A stretch of 63,447 nt of DNA, counting the filler, from Octopus bimaculoides (taxonomy: Eukaryota), in NCBI RefSeq assembly GCF_001194135.2. It is 3 parts of 3 records of this genome, joined end to end, with 100 filler letters (N's around TTAATTAATTAA, not from the genome) between each part and the next. Parts side by side here need not be neighbours in the genome. Positions count along the whole stretch, not along the records: positions 29,229 to 51,684 come from NC_068997.1; positions 51,785 to 63,447 come from NC_068998.1; 1 more part is not named here. One strand, given 5' to 3'. Below the pieces are notes generated by a model, which had not been told where the DNA came from, did not search any database, and was given only the letters and a program-made list of their open reading frames with translations. Position numbers and translations under genes: made by a program. Every line of letters begins with the position of its first letter. Position 1 is the first letter of the stretch. Positions 49,475-62,831 of the stretch are shown here, one piece after another.

Positions 49475-51548
49475 CATCATCTTCCTTTTATTGATTTTTT
49501 TTTCATAAATGAATCTCATGTAGAAAAGATAATGAATCATTTCTTTCATCTTCTCACCAAGTATTGCTTGTAAAAAAAAAAAAAAAAAGAACCCTGGTTT
49601 TGTGCCTTGACAATTTGTCCAGTTTAAGATTATCTTTTAAAGAATTTTAAAACTGTTCAAAAAAATCTTTAGACATCATTTTTTGTTTATTTGTTCTGAA
49701 ACAATCAGTATGTGCCTCTCTGGGTTGAGTCACAGTAAGCAGACAGTTCTTTGCATTATTCCTCAATCCAGAACATTCATTTTGAATATTTCAACTATTT
49801 TTCTCTTCTTTTATTTCTAGTGTCTTCTTTTTTTTTTTTCATAGTCAGAGTATTTCAAAAATATTTTTCAATTTCAATATTTTTGTAATGGCTATGGAAG
49901 TGAAATGGTTTCTGCAAGTGTAAGGAAGCTGTGATTGTTGTAACTATCCATGTGAGCTAGGGGTTGGTATATCATCCTTGACAATGGCATTTAACTCTCA
50001 ATGGCCTCATCCATCTCAGTGATGGGGAAAGTACCATGGTGCTGATTTCAAATCTTCCTCTGAATTACACAAAGAGGAAGTCTTTGGTGTTAACTCCTCA
50101 GAAGGATATGTGATGTTGCATTAAGGTACAAATGAACCTGTCCATTAGAGTGAGTGTCTTCATGCTTGCGAAAATCTGTCTGGACTGTCTTATATCTTAG
50201 GAAAACAACTTGTTACCCATATTTTTCAAGGCCTTGAAGTGTTTTTGCAATTCATATTTCATTCAATCAAATCTTCAGTATTTATTTCTACTTGAAACAC
50301 CTTTTACATCTGTTTGCTTCCTTTTACATCTGTTTCTCTCCATTGATGTGAATTCTTTTTTTCTTTTTGACAAGAATCTCAAAAACAGTCTAATCAGAAG
50401 TTCGGTTCTCAGTATTCTCATATTTATATTTTATTTAGCTGTCTGTTGGAATGTTTTTTTTAAAGAAAAAAGAGACAATTATAGAAAAATTCTGAAATTC
50501 ACAAATATATTTCTACATTTGTATTAAATTATTGTCCTGGCTTTGGTTTATTTTTATTTTCCAATATTTTGCATCAGATTTTTCTTTACACTGTAACATG
50601 TTAGCATAGGTTGGATAGTTTTACAAATTTACATAATATACTAGAGTTGATACTTTTTACCTTCCAGTTGCCTTTCAAAACACTTAAAAATTCATTCAAC
50701 TTTTGTCATAACAAACTCACAGGAAAAAATTGTATTTATTTGAGAAGATTTATTCCTCATTAAAATTTTCATTATTCATCTTATTTAGATTTCTGGTGTG
50801 TAATCAGGATGTATAACATTTGGCAAAGTCTGCCTTAATTATATCATTTCAATGAATTTTAATTATGACATTTGAGAACCTGCCTATTTGGGTAGCTTGT
50901 ATTTCTAAATTCTAATGGAGTGACTTGATTTTATTAAATAAATTTCTTACAGCTGACTTATTAAATGACTGTATATTTATAAATTGGCTGAATGAAAGAG
51001 AAACATTATAGAAATGTATTGACTCAAATTTCATATAGTTCACCCTGAAAGTATAACCATGTTCATCTTATAATTATTAACAGTATTCAGTGGAAGGTAA
51101 TTCAAAGACAATCTTCATCTGAGATGATCTTTTGTTTTAGATAACTCTAGTAGTTCATATCAGTATTGCATGTAAAACTTGCTTTATATATATATATACA
51201 TACACACACCTTATGTATTTATATATCCTATATATATTTGAATATATGTATGGTGGTTTAATTAAGACTTTAGCTCTTATTTCTAGCAGGTGTATGCTTT
51301 TATGCATCCTTACGCTTCATGCAAATTTGCACTTTATAGCTAAATAATGCTCTTTGCCTGCAAACCACCCATGTTACTACTGTTGATAGCATCAGTTTTA
51401 GATTTTATCCACGATGATATTAACAGTAGTGACATATATATATACACACACACACACATATATATACAATTACACACACACACACATATATATACACACA
51501 CACACATAAATATATATAAATATATATACATGCATACACACACACACG

Positions 51549-51598
<50 letters not shown>

Positions 51599-51793
51599 TA
51601 AACACACATACACACACACACACACATTACATGGAATGCCAAGCTCCCCTGTAAATATATTCCCGATTGATTATTTTCTCTTTCNNNNNNNNNNNNNNNN
51701 NNNNNNNNNNNNNNNNNNNNNNNNNNNNTTAATTAATTAANNNNNNNNNNNNNNNNNNNNNNNNNNNNNNNNNNNNNNNNNNNNTATATATGT

Positions 51794-54700
51794 ATGTTTA
51801 TAACATCTCTCCTCCCCAAGCCTCACCCCACATTCCTTTCCCCAGTTTTCAGAGTTAGCACTGTCAATGTAGGCACACTGAAAGGTAGGCCTAGTGAGAT
51901 TGTAGAGATGCTTGAAAGGAGACGTGTCAATGTATGCTGCATACAAGTGGTAAGATGGGGAAGAGCTTCAGCTAGGTTCCTCACAGGCAAGGCACATAGG
52001 TATAAAATTTTCTGGCAAGGTAACATGGATGCAGTAAGGGGTGTAAGCATATTCCTTGCAGAAAAATGGGTGGATAAGGTCACAGAGGTTGCCAGGGTAA
52101 GCGATAGAGTGCTTAAGCTCAGGCTAGTCCTGCAGAACAGCACAGCTGCAATTATCTCTGCTTACACCGCACAAGCGGGCCTACCAAATGATCAGAAGGA
52201 CCATGTTTATAATATCCTTCTACAGGCTACCTCAAAGACGAGTAGCAATGACCTCATCTTTATGGCTGGAGATTTTAATGGGCATGTTGGACAGCAATTT
52301 GGTATCTTCATTGGTGTACAAGGGAACCATGCTATTGGTTCCTGAAATGATGAGGGAACTAGGCTACTGGAGTTATATGATGCATGTAACCTTTTAATCT
52401 GCAACACTAACTTCAGGAAGCCAGACAACTACCTGATAACCTATCAATCAGGTGACTCTGCTAGCCAGATTGATTTCATCCTCACCAGACAGCAGGATGC
52501 AGGTGAAGAATGTACGCCCCAGCATAGATTAATGACTTTAGAAGGATGCCAAGAAGCAGACCAATCCAGAAAAGAAGGATTTGGAAGCTAAAGAACCCTT
52601 CACATGGTCAGAGATTTAGGGACATCCTCATCAAGAAATTTGATGAGAGGGAGGAGGAGCTACAGACCTCGGACATAGAAGGTAGCTGGAAATTCCTACA
52701 GGACAGCTTACTGAGTGCCACAGACCAAGTCTGCAGATGGTGCAAAGTCCCTTCTAGACCTAGAGTAACGGAGTGGTGGAATAATATGGTAGACAAAGCC
52801 ATTAGAGCAAAGAAAGAGGCCTAGAAAGCCTGGAAGAGTTGGGGTAGCAGGGAAATGTACCAGATAGCCAAAAGGAAGGTTTGGCAACAGGTATACATAG
52901 GCAAGGGAGAAGCAGAAAAGAAGAAGTGTGCCAATGCCCAGTGATGTGACGACTAAAGAACTGAAGTATTTTGGATTGCAAAACAATGTGTGAGAGAAAA
53001 TTGTGATGTCACAGGAGAGAAATATGTCTGCATGGATGATGGTGCACTTGCTTTTAATGATTCAGAAAAGAAAGAGGCTTGGAGAAGCCATTATGAAAGA
53101 CTGCTGTATGTGGAGAATGAATGGGAGGAGGAGAGCCTGCCAAATATTGACCCAGTAGAGGGACTAGCTATCTGAATAGACAGCACTCTGGTAGATAAAA
53201 CAATTAAGGGTATGAAGCCAGGAAAAGCCCACGGCCCATCAGGAATCACTGCTGAGATGCTTAAAAGATCTGGTGGTGTGGGTTATGGCATAGTCAACTG
53301 TATTTTAAACCAGGTAGTTCATGATAGAGTCATATCCAATGACTGGTGTAGCAGAACCATAGTCAAGTGTTACAAGGGTTAAGGTGATGATTTAAATAGA
53401 AATAACTACAGGGGTATCAAACTGCTGAATCAGGTGATGAAGGTCATGGAAAGGGTTATAGTGCAACTAACTAGGGAGAGAGTCTGCTTAGATGAGATGC
53501 AGTTCGGTTTTGTGCCAGGTAGAAGCACCACTGATGCTATATTCCTGGTACAGCAACTGCAGGAGAAATACCTAAGCAAAGATAAACCCTTTTACTTGGC
53601 TTTTGTGGACTTGGAGAAAGTCTTTGACAGGGTCCCCGATCCCTTATCTGGTGGGCGATGTGGAAACTGGGGATTGACGAATGGTTAATAAGGGTTGTAC
53701 AGGCCCTATACAGAGATGCCATTAGTAAGGTTCGGGATGGCAATGAGTATAGTGAAGAATTCCGGGTAGAAGTAGGGGTCCACCAAGGATCAGCCCTCAG
53801 CCCCCTCTTATTCATCATAGTCCTTCAGGCAATAACAGAGGAATTCAAGACAGGTTGCCCCTGGGAGCTCCTCTATGCTGATGACCTGGCTCTCATAGCT
53901 GAATCACTTCCAGAAGTAGAGAAGAAATTTCAGGTGTCGAAGGAAGGTTTAGGATCGAAGGGCCTTAGGGTCAATGTCACAAAGACCAAAGTTCTAGTAA
54001 GTAGGAAGGCGAACACATCACACACCTCTTCAGGTAGATGGCCCTGCTCGATTTGTAGAAAAGGTGTAGGTAGAAACTCCATAAGATGTACCCAGTGTAA
54101 GCTATGGGCACATAAGGAGTGCAGCAACATCAAAGGAAGATTAACTGGGAAGATTGCTTTCATGTGTGGCAGATGCACAGGGGCAATAAACACCACAGAT
54201 GCTCAGAAAACAGATTCCATCACATGCCAGGGGGAGAAACTAGAAGTAGTTGATAGCTTCCGCTTCCTAGGTGACCAAGTCTGTAATGGGGGTGGATGCC
54301 CAGAGAGTGTTACCACTAGAATAAGAATAGCCTGAGCAATGTTCAGAAAGCTTCTACCTCTACTTGTGACAAAGGGCCTCTCGCTCTGAATGAAGGTGCA
54401 TTGTACGATGCATGTGTGCAAACTGTCATGCTACACGGCAGTGAAACATGTGCTGTGACTGCTGAAGACATGCGTAGGCTCGAAAGAAATGCATCAGATG
54501 TGGCGTGCAAGAGAGACATTTGCATTGGTATGTACAACGGATGGATGAGGAAATCTGTGAGAAGAAGTGCCACTCCCAAAAAGCTGAAGGAATCCAGGAG
54601 ACCCAGGAAGACATGGAATGAGGTGGTAAAGCATGACCTTCGAATGTTGGGCTTCACAGAGGAAAAAGAAAAAGACTGAGACCTCTGGAGATATGCTGTG

Positions 54701-54870
54701 ACTGAGAAGACCCGGCAAATAAAGTGAGTTCACAGCTGTAACCTACACCAGTGTCGTATAACCAGCCTACTCAAAAGTACCTTGGATCGTAGGGCGACAT
54801 GCTGTGCTTGAAGTAGACCTTTTGAGTCAAGTACATCAACATCAAAATTAAAATCAAATGGAAATTGTAG
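51794..54870 (+). mobile_element. Near full-length degenerate RTE-clade LINE (APE endonuclease, RT with PHD insertion, partial 3' UTR)
   Basis: Endonuclease motifs TVNVGTL, CIQ..RW, AGDFNGHVG and IDFILTR. RT motifs NYRGIKLL, QFGFVPGRSTTDAIF, FVDLEKVFDRV, GVHQGSALSPLLF, LYADDL and FRFLG. Several stops and frameshifts. The 5' end abuts a gap. Confidence 0.93.
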
Positions 54871-54995
54871 TTGATGTTGCTGCACTCCTTATGTGCCCAT
54901 AGCTTACACTGGGTACATCTTATGGAGTTTCTACCTACACCTTTTCTACAGATCAAGCAGGGCCACCTACCTGAAGAGGTGTGTGAAATTAAGGT

Positions 54996-55340
54996 AATTG
55001 TAAAATGAAAGATGTTGTATATAAAGCTACTATTACAACAAATGATCTCTCTAGGTTTCATTATATAGGTTGCACACAGACCCCTCTTAAATTACGTTTG
55101 AATAATCATAAATCATATTTTAATGATTCTCGGAAAGAAAGTAGTACTAGTTTATCCAAAAAGGTATGGCAACTTAAAAGAGACAACATAAATTTCACAA
55201 TTTCTTGGAATACTGTTTCTTCTGCACCCTCTTATAGGATTAGAAATAGAACGTGCCTTTTATGCGTTGAAGAGTCTTATATAATTATGAAAACGAACGG
55301 TTTTATCTTAAGTTTTCTCTTGTAAACATATGTCCAAATT
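54996..55340 (+). mobile_element. Penelope-like element GIY-YIG endonuclease fragment
   Basis: CKMKDVVYKATI...HYIGCTQTPLKLRLNNHKSYF...TSLSKKVWQLK...ISW...CLLCVEE. Confidence 0.8.
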
Positions 55341-56017
55341 TCTTTTCAATAACCTTAAATAGTCTTATTGGTTACCTCTTTGTCTTTTTCGTATTAGTTC
55401 TTATTACACTCTTAGGTTATGTTTATGTATGTATGTATGCGTTCTTGTGTGGGTATGTTTATGCACATACGCTCGTGTTTTTTTATGTGTATGTATGTAT
55501 ATGTGTGTATGTGTATGTATGTGTATATATATGTACATATGTATATTTTTGTGTGTGTTTATTTATTCATATATTTATTATTTTTATCTGAATTTTTTTA
55601 ATGTGTATATACTTATGTGTGCGTATATGTATATATATTCGCATGTAGTAGGTATGTATGCATGTTTTACTTATATGTTTTTGTGTTTGCACATGAATGT
55701 ATTTTATGTTTTTTTGTCTACATGAGTATATACAAGTATATGTAGGTGTGTATGTATGTATACTTGTTTTTGTATATATGTGCATGTGTCCGTGTATGGA
55801 TACATTAACACGCACGCTTATACGTGTGTATATCTGTGTATATATATGTATTTCTATATATCTTTGTATTTGTTTTTTTTGAGTGGATGTGTCTATATTG
55901 TGTATTTTATGTGTGTATATGTGTGTATGTGTATGTATATATATGTATAAATATGTATATATGTATGTATACATATATATATATATGTATACATATATAT
56001 GTATGTATACATATATA

Positions 56018-56072
<55 letters not shown>

Positions 56073-56138
56073 GCATGTGTGCATGTACATGTATGTGCAT
56101 GTTTGTTTTATGCATGTTTGTAGGTGTGTGTGTATGTG

Positions 56139-56187
<49 letters not shown>

Positions 56188-58063
56188 ATATATATATATG
56201 GATATGTATGTGTAGGTATGTATATATTTTTGCCTGTATATGTGTATGTGTATTTTAGTTGTATATGTGTGTGTATGTATGTTTGTATATGTATATATAT
56301 TTATATACGTCTTATGTAAATAAATACTTCTTTATTTTACTTGTATCTTCCCTCACACTTGTACCTCTGTATGTGTATGTGTGAGTGTATGCACATTTTT
56401 GTGTGTGTGTGTATATATATGTGTGTGTTGTGTATGTATGTATGTATGTATGTATGTATATGACTGTATATCCTTATGTGTTAAGTGTATACGTTTTTTC
56501 TATCTTTTGTATTTTCATAATAATTTTCTCCTTTGTATATTCATTTTCTTGTTCCTACTTTTTTCTGATTGTCTCCTCTAGCCCAGGCTAGTTTTTGAGT
56601 AAGGTAACTATCTTGAGTAATGTAACGGTCTTGTCTGATCGATGTTTTTTCCTTGTTAAGTTTTCCTTGGATTTTCTCTGCATGTATGTACATTTTTTAG
56701 TTTAATATTGTAACTTTTTTCTAACATAGTCTTGCCTATCACTTTTTGTCCTTGTGTAAAAAAAAATATATATTTACTTCTTTTTTTTCAATATTAATAC
56801 ACATAGAACTCTATGGGTTTCTTTTTCTACAAGTCCACATGTTATGTTATATTCTACTATACACACGTGGCCCTGTTTATTTAACTTTGTCGTGATCTGT
56901 TACCATTTTTTAAAACATATCCGTTAACCTTGCATTCTTATTCTTATTTATATGTTATAGTTTACCACACATATAGACGTGCATACACATTGATATGTCT
57001 GTCTTTTTTTCTCTTTCATCTCCCTTACTATTATTATTACTGTTATTTTTTCCCTCTTTTACAACTTGCTTGTAAATATTCGATTTATTTCCCTATTACC
57101 CCATTTGTATTCTCCCTTATTGTATCTTATTTTAATTTACTTTATTTTATTAAACCTTTTTTGATGTCCTTATAAAAATTCCCCACACTGATGAAAATGA
57201 CAATGTTTAATTTAAAATTAATTATAATTACTATGGTTATAATTTTTTCTTACATAATTGTATTGACCTTTGAAACATGTCTATGTATTGAATCCTATTT
57301 TGTATTAAATCTAATTTTGATTCAACATCTTTTTCTCCTCCATTTTTCTATAATTGTTTATGGTATATTTATACCTATAACAATATTTTTCAACTACTAT
57401 TTTCATATTCTTATTACTTGCTCTGGCTGTTTTTTATGAATATGATGAATCTTTATTATAAATCATTCTTTCTCTCTTTTTAGACCTCTCAAAAAGTTTG
57501 AATTGTTCTATTTTGAACTTATTTTTCCTCATATATATATATATATATATTTTATTATATGTATTTATTTTCTCCTAGTAATAAATAACTCGGATAAAAT
57601 AAATTGGTCAATAGATACCAGGGTAGCAAAGATCACAAAATAACTGTGGTGTAACTCCTGTTTATGAGGTAGAAACTCCTTGATATTTTGGGTATTTGAG
57701 TATATATAAATTTAAAGAATGGAGTGAACGCATATTATAACTGTATACTTTTATTCCGACATATGTTTCGAAGAATTACAATTTATGCGATCGACAGGAT
57801 GATATAAATCTGATAAAGATGCATGTGTATCTGTGTGTGTATACATTCATATTTTTGTATGAAACTATATGTGTTTGTATAGATTTTTGAATATATATAT
57901 ATATATATATATTTTTTTTTGTTGTTATTATTTATTAAAAATATATATATAAATATGTATGTATATATCCTTGGTTGGATGCATGTATGTTTATGTGCAC
58001 AGATATGTTTATGTATTTTTATATATATACATATATGTGTGTATGTGTGGATATGTATGTGTG

Positions 58064-58098
<35 letters not shown>

Positions 58099-58184
58099 TT
58101 GCACGTTTATGTATGCATGTGTGTTTATGTATGTGCTTATGTATGTATGTGTATGTATGTATATGTATATGTGTGTATATGTAT

Positions 58185-58236
<52 letters not shown>

Positions 58237-59608
58237 ATGTATGTATATGTGTGTGTATGCATGGGTTTGTACGCAGGTGTGTATATAGATATGCATATAT
58301 GTATATACTCGAGTATATGTGTGTTTGTTTGTGTATATATGCGCATACACAAAAGTATAAATGATTATATACATTCATATCAATATTTTTGTAGAAACAC
58401 AAGATTAACCCCATTTATAATGCCTTTTTATTACATAATATTCCTCTCCAATCTTTATCGGATTTATATCATCCTATCGTCTCCTAATTCTACACTCTGA
58501 ATTTTCTTTCCCCTTTTGTCCAACGCACTATCTGGTAGCGTCCTAATCTCCAACGGTTTTTTCAAATGAATTACGTTATAACCTTCTCCAACTATAGTTC
58601 TCATATTCGATTATAATATCTTACGTTTAAGCTNNNNNNNNNNNNNNNNNNNNNNNNNNNNNNNNNNNNNNNNNNNNNNNNNNNNNNNNNNNNNNNNNNN
58701 NNNNNNNNNNNNNNNNNNNNNNNNNNNNNNNNNNNNNNNNNNNNNNNNNNNNNNNNNNNNNNNNNNNNNNNNNNNNNNNNNNNNNNNNNNNNNNNNNNNN
58801 NNNNNNNNNNNNNNNNNNNNNNNNNNNNNNNNNNNNNNNNNNNNNNNNNNNNNNNNNNNNNNNNNNNNNNNNNNNNNNNNNNNNNNNNNNNNNNNNNNNN
58901 NNNNNNNNNNNNNNNNNNNNNNNNNNNNNNNNNNNNNNNNNNNNNNNNNNNNNNNNNNNNNNNNNNNNNNNNNNNNNNNNNNNNNNNNNNNNNNNNNNNN
59001 NNNNNNNNNNNNNNNNNNNNNNNNNNNNNNNNNNNNNNNNNNNNNNNNNNNNNNNNNNNNNNNNNNNNNNNNNNNNNNNNNNNNNNNNNNNNNNNNNNNN
59101 NNNNNNNNNNNNNNNNNNNNNNNNNNNNNNNNNNNNNNNNNNNGTTGGAGATTGGCGAGAGAGGTTGGCGGAGGTTGGCAAGGCAAAAACATTATTCTGC
59201 TTAGTGAAGGCATCTGGGAAATGTATAACTGCTGTCATTCACAGAAAAACTATTGTCTTACTGTGAGAAAAGCACTGTTGAAGTGTTAAATGAAATTTGG
59301 CAATTGAAGATCGAATCCACACTATGCCTGCATGAAGCCACTACAAAAATGTTGTGGAATAAAAAATTTATCTACTGTCATGGAAAAAGTGTAACTGTAA
59401 AAATGCAGAATTATCGGAGTAATGGACATTCAAAAAATAATGTATGTATAGAAATATAAATGAAGTCTTTAAGGTTTAAGATTCAAATTAAGAAAGTGCA
59501 ATGATAATGTTTAGCAGTTCAAAACTGTGAGTAGTGAAATGCAGAATTAGGTCGGCTGATTGTGAGAATCAAATATTGATTGCTTTGCTAAAATCTGCAG
59601 GTAGTATG

Positions 59609-60022
59609 GGTTATTTCCCTAGGGTTGTTTAAATAAAATATTAGTAATATGTAGTATATAGAAGGAACCATCGGAAGGGCCCTGTTATCGATTTTTTTCA
59701 AAAATCTAAGTATGTCTCAAGGTTTCCAGACATGAGTTTACACACGTGTCAAATAAAGTATAAGAGTGATATTGTCAGCAAAAATTAGAAATAGGACACA
59801 CAAAAAATCCATATTCAAAGTAATAGAACATAAACAATGAAACGGGTTATTTCTCTTGAGTGTTTTAAAAAAAATATTACAGAGGTTCTAAGTTATTTCC
59901 CTTGGGTGTTTAAAAAAAAGAAGTTATATGAAGTAGATATAAAGGTCCCTTCTAGGGGCCATATTATCGACTTTTTCAATAATCTAAGTATGTCACGAAG
60001 TTTCCAGACATGAGTTCTACTC
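59609..60022. repeat. Direct repeat of about 130 bp at about 282-bp period inside an unclassified non-autonomous element
   Basis: GTTATTTCCCT.GGG.GTTTAAA...TTATCGA.TTTT.CAA.AATCTAAGTATGTC.C.A.GTTTCCAGACATGAGTT at 59609 and 59892. Confidence 0.7.
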
Positions 60023-60517
60023 ACATGTCAAGTTTCATCAAAATCAATAAAACAATGTAGGAGGAGTTACCTAACAACGCTACAAACAAACACACACCGA
60101 TTTTCCACATATGTAGTAAATATACAGGCTTACATTCACACTCCCTCATATACGTATATACATATATGTACACACATATATATATATACATATACATCCT
60201 CGTATTACACACCTACAACCACAGATATACAAGCATATGCATATCTGTATAAAACGGGACATTGCATGAAAGTTGCACTTATGCACCAGACAAAGTCCTA
60301 CACATATATACACATGCACACACATACACATTTAATATGTACATACATATACTCACACACGTACACAATCACACAATTAAAAAGGAAAAAAAGGAAAAAA
60401 ATATATAAAAAACAATAAAAAATGTTACAACAAATGGAAAGCATGTGCAGGAACATAGTAAAAATGCGGATTCTCTGATCTTGGGGGCCCAAAACTTTAA
60501 CAATTATATACATATAG

Positions 60518-62731
60518 TTTGCCAATGTTCTGCGCCGTGAGGACCGAAGACTTGAAGTATTTCGTGTTGCAAGACAGTGTGTGGGAGAGAATTGTGATCT
60601 CAAGGGAGAGAAATGTGTTCGCATGGATGATGGTACGCTTGCTCTAAATGAGGCTGCAAAGAAAGAGGTTTGGAGACACCACTACGAAGTGTTGCTCCAT
60701 AAAGAGAATGAATGGGAGAAAGAGAGTCTGCCGAATGTTGTCTCAACAGAGGGACCAGCTATCCTAATTGACAGTTCCATGGTAGATAAAGTAATTAAGA
60801 GTATGAAGACAGGGAAAGCCCCCGGCCAATTAGGAATCGCTGCAGAGATGCTCAAAATATCAGGTAGTGTCGGCTACAGCCTAGTCATCCGTATTGTTAA
60901 CCACGAAGGAGTCATACCCAACTGTTACAAAGATAAAGGTGACGCTTTAGATACAAATAATTACAGAGGTATCAAGTTGTTAGATCAGGTAATGAAAGTC
61001 ACGGAGAGGGTCATAGCCCAACTAATTAGGGAGAGAGTCAGTTTAGATGAGATGCAGCTTGGGTTCATGCTATATTTCTGGTAAGACAGCTGCAGGAGAA
61101 ATACCTAGCCAAAGATAAACCTCTGTACCTGGCTTTCGTTGACATGGAGAAAGCCTTTGACAGGGTACCCCCGATCTCTTATCTGGTGGTCAATGAGGAA
61201 ACTAGGGATAGATGAATGGTTAGTGACAGCTGTGCGAGCCATGTACAGGGACGCTGTCAGTAAGGTGAGAGTTGGCAACGAGTATAGTGAAGNNNNNNNN
61301 NNNNNNNNNNNNNNNNNNNNNNNNNNNNNNNNNNNNNNNNNNNNNNNNNNNNNNNNNNNNNNNNNNNNNNNNNNNNNNNNNNNNNNNNNNNNNNNNNNNN
61401 NNNNNNNNNNNNNNNNNNNNNNNNNNNNNNNNNNNNNNNNNNNNNNNNNNNNNNGCTGAGTCACTATCAGAACTAGAGGAGAAGTATCAGGTGTGGAAGC
61501 AGAGACTAGAATCAAAGGGCCTTAGAGTCAACCTAGCTAAAACCAAAGTCCTAATAAGTAGAAAGGTAGGCAAAACACAAACCACTTCAGGTAGATGGCC
61601 CTGCTCGATTTGTAGAAAAGGTGTAGGTAGAAACTCTATAAGATGTACCCAGTGCAAGCTATGGACACATAAGAGGTGCAGCAATATCAGAGGCAGGTTA
61701 ACTAGGAAGTTAGTTTTTGTATGTGGCAGATGTTCAGGTGCAATAAACTCTGTAAATATGCAGAAAACAACTTCTGTCTCATTCCAGGGAGAAAAATTAG
61801 ACGTAGTTGATAGCTTCCGCTATTTAGGTGACCAAGTTAGTAGTGAGGGTGGGTGCGCTGAAAGTGTAGCTGCTAGAATAAGAATAGCCTGGGCAAAGTT
61901 CAGAGAGCTCTTACCTATGCTGGCGACAAAGGGACTCTCACTCAGAGTAAAAGGCAGACTGTATGACGCATGTGTACGAACAGCCATGCTACATGGCAGT
62001 GAAACATGGACTGTGACTGCTGAGGACAGGTGTAAACTCGCAAGGAATGAAGCTAGCATGCTCCGATAGATGAGTAATGTCAGTGTGCATACCCGACAGA
62101 GTGTAAGTATCTTGAGACAAAAGTTGAACATAAGAAGCATCAGTTGTGGTGAGCAAGAGAGACGATTGCTCTGGTATGGACATGTGGTGAGAATGGATGA
62201 GGATAGCTGCGTGAAAAAGTGCCACACCCTAGCGGTTGAGGGAACCCGTGGAAGTGGCAGGCCTAAGAAGACCTGGGACAAGGTGGTGAAGCACGACCTC
62301 CGAACATTAGGCCCCACCAAGGCAATGACTTGTGACCGTGACCTTTGGAAATATGCTGTGCGTGAGAAGACCAGGCAATCCAAGTGAGACCTAAATCCAA
62401 GGCCTCTGCCAGGGATGTAGCCAGCCCACTTACGCGTAGCATTCCGTCATTGGACATTAAACTCCACTTGCGAAGACATGGTGAGGCAAGTGAAATCGAA
62501 ATCGAAATCGAACTAAATTTGTAGGAACACTTAACTCGGTTTGCGAAGACCTGTTGGGGCAAGCGAAAGTGAAATCGTGATGGCACCTGTACCAGTGGAG
62601 CACTAAGAGCACCGTCTGAGCGCGATCATTGCCACAGCAGCTGTCTGGCGTCCGTGCCGGTGGCACGTAAAAGCACCCACAACACTCTCGAAGTGGTTGG
62701 TGTTAGGAAGGGCATCCAGCTGTAGAAACTC
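60518..62731 (+). mobile_element. RTE-clade LINE, 5'-truncated, RT with PHD insertion through the 3' UTR
   Basis: ORF pieces 60581-61084, 61139-61292 and 61455-62387 belong to the same family as the 51.8-kb copy. The 3' UTR has (GAAATC)n and the GTGCCGGTGGCAC...AGGAAGGGCATCCAGCTGTAGAAAC tail. Confidence 0.92.
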
Positions 62732-62831
62732 NNNNNNNNNNNNNNNNNNNNNNNNNNNNNNNNNNNNNNNNNNNNNNNNNNNNNNNNNNNNNNNNNNNNN
62801 NNNNNNNNNNNNNNNNNNNNNNNNNNNNNNN

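Noticed and set aside
57188-57281. CTGATGA ... GAAACATGTC as a hammerhead
   Set aside because: The 77-nt AT-rich stem II pairs poorly and stem I fails at the second pair. Not supportable without more copies.
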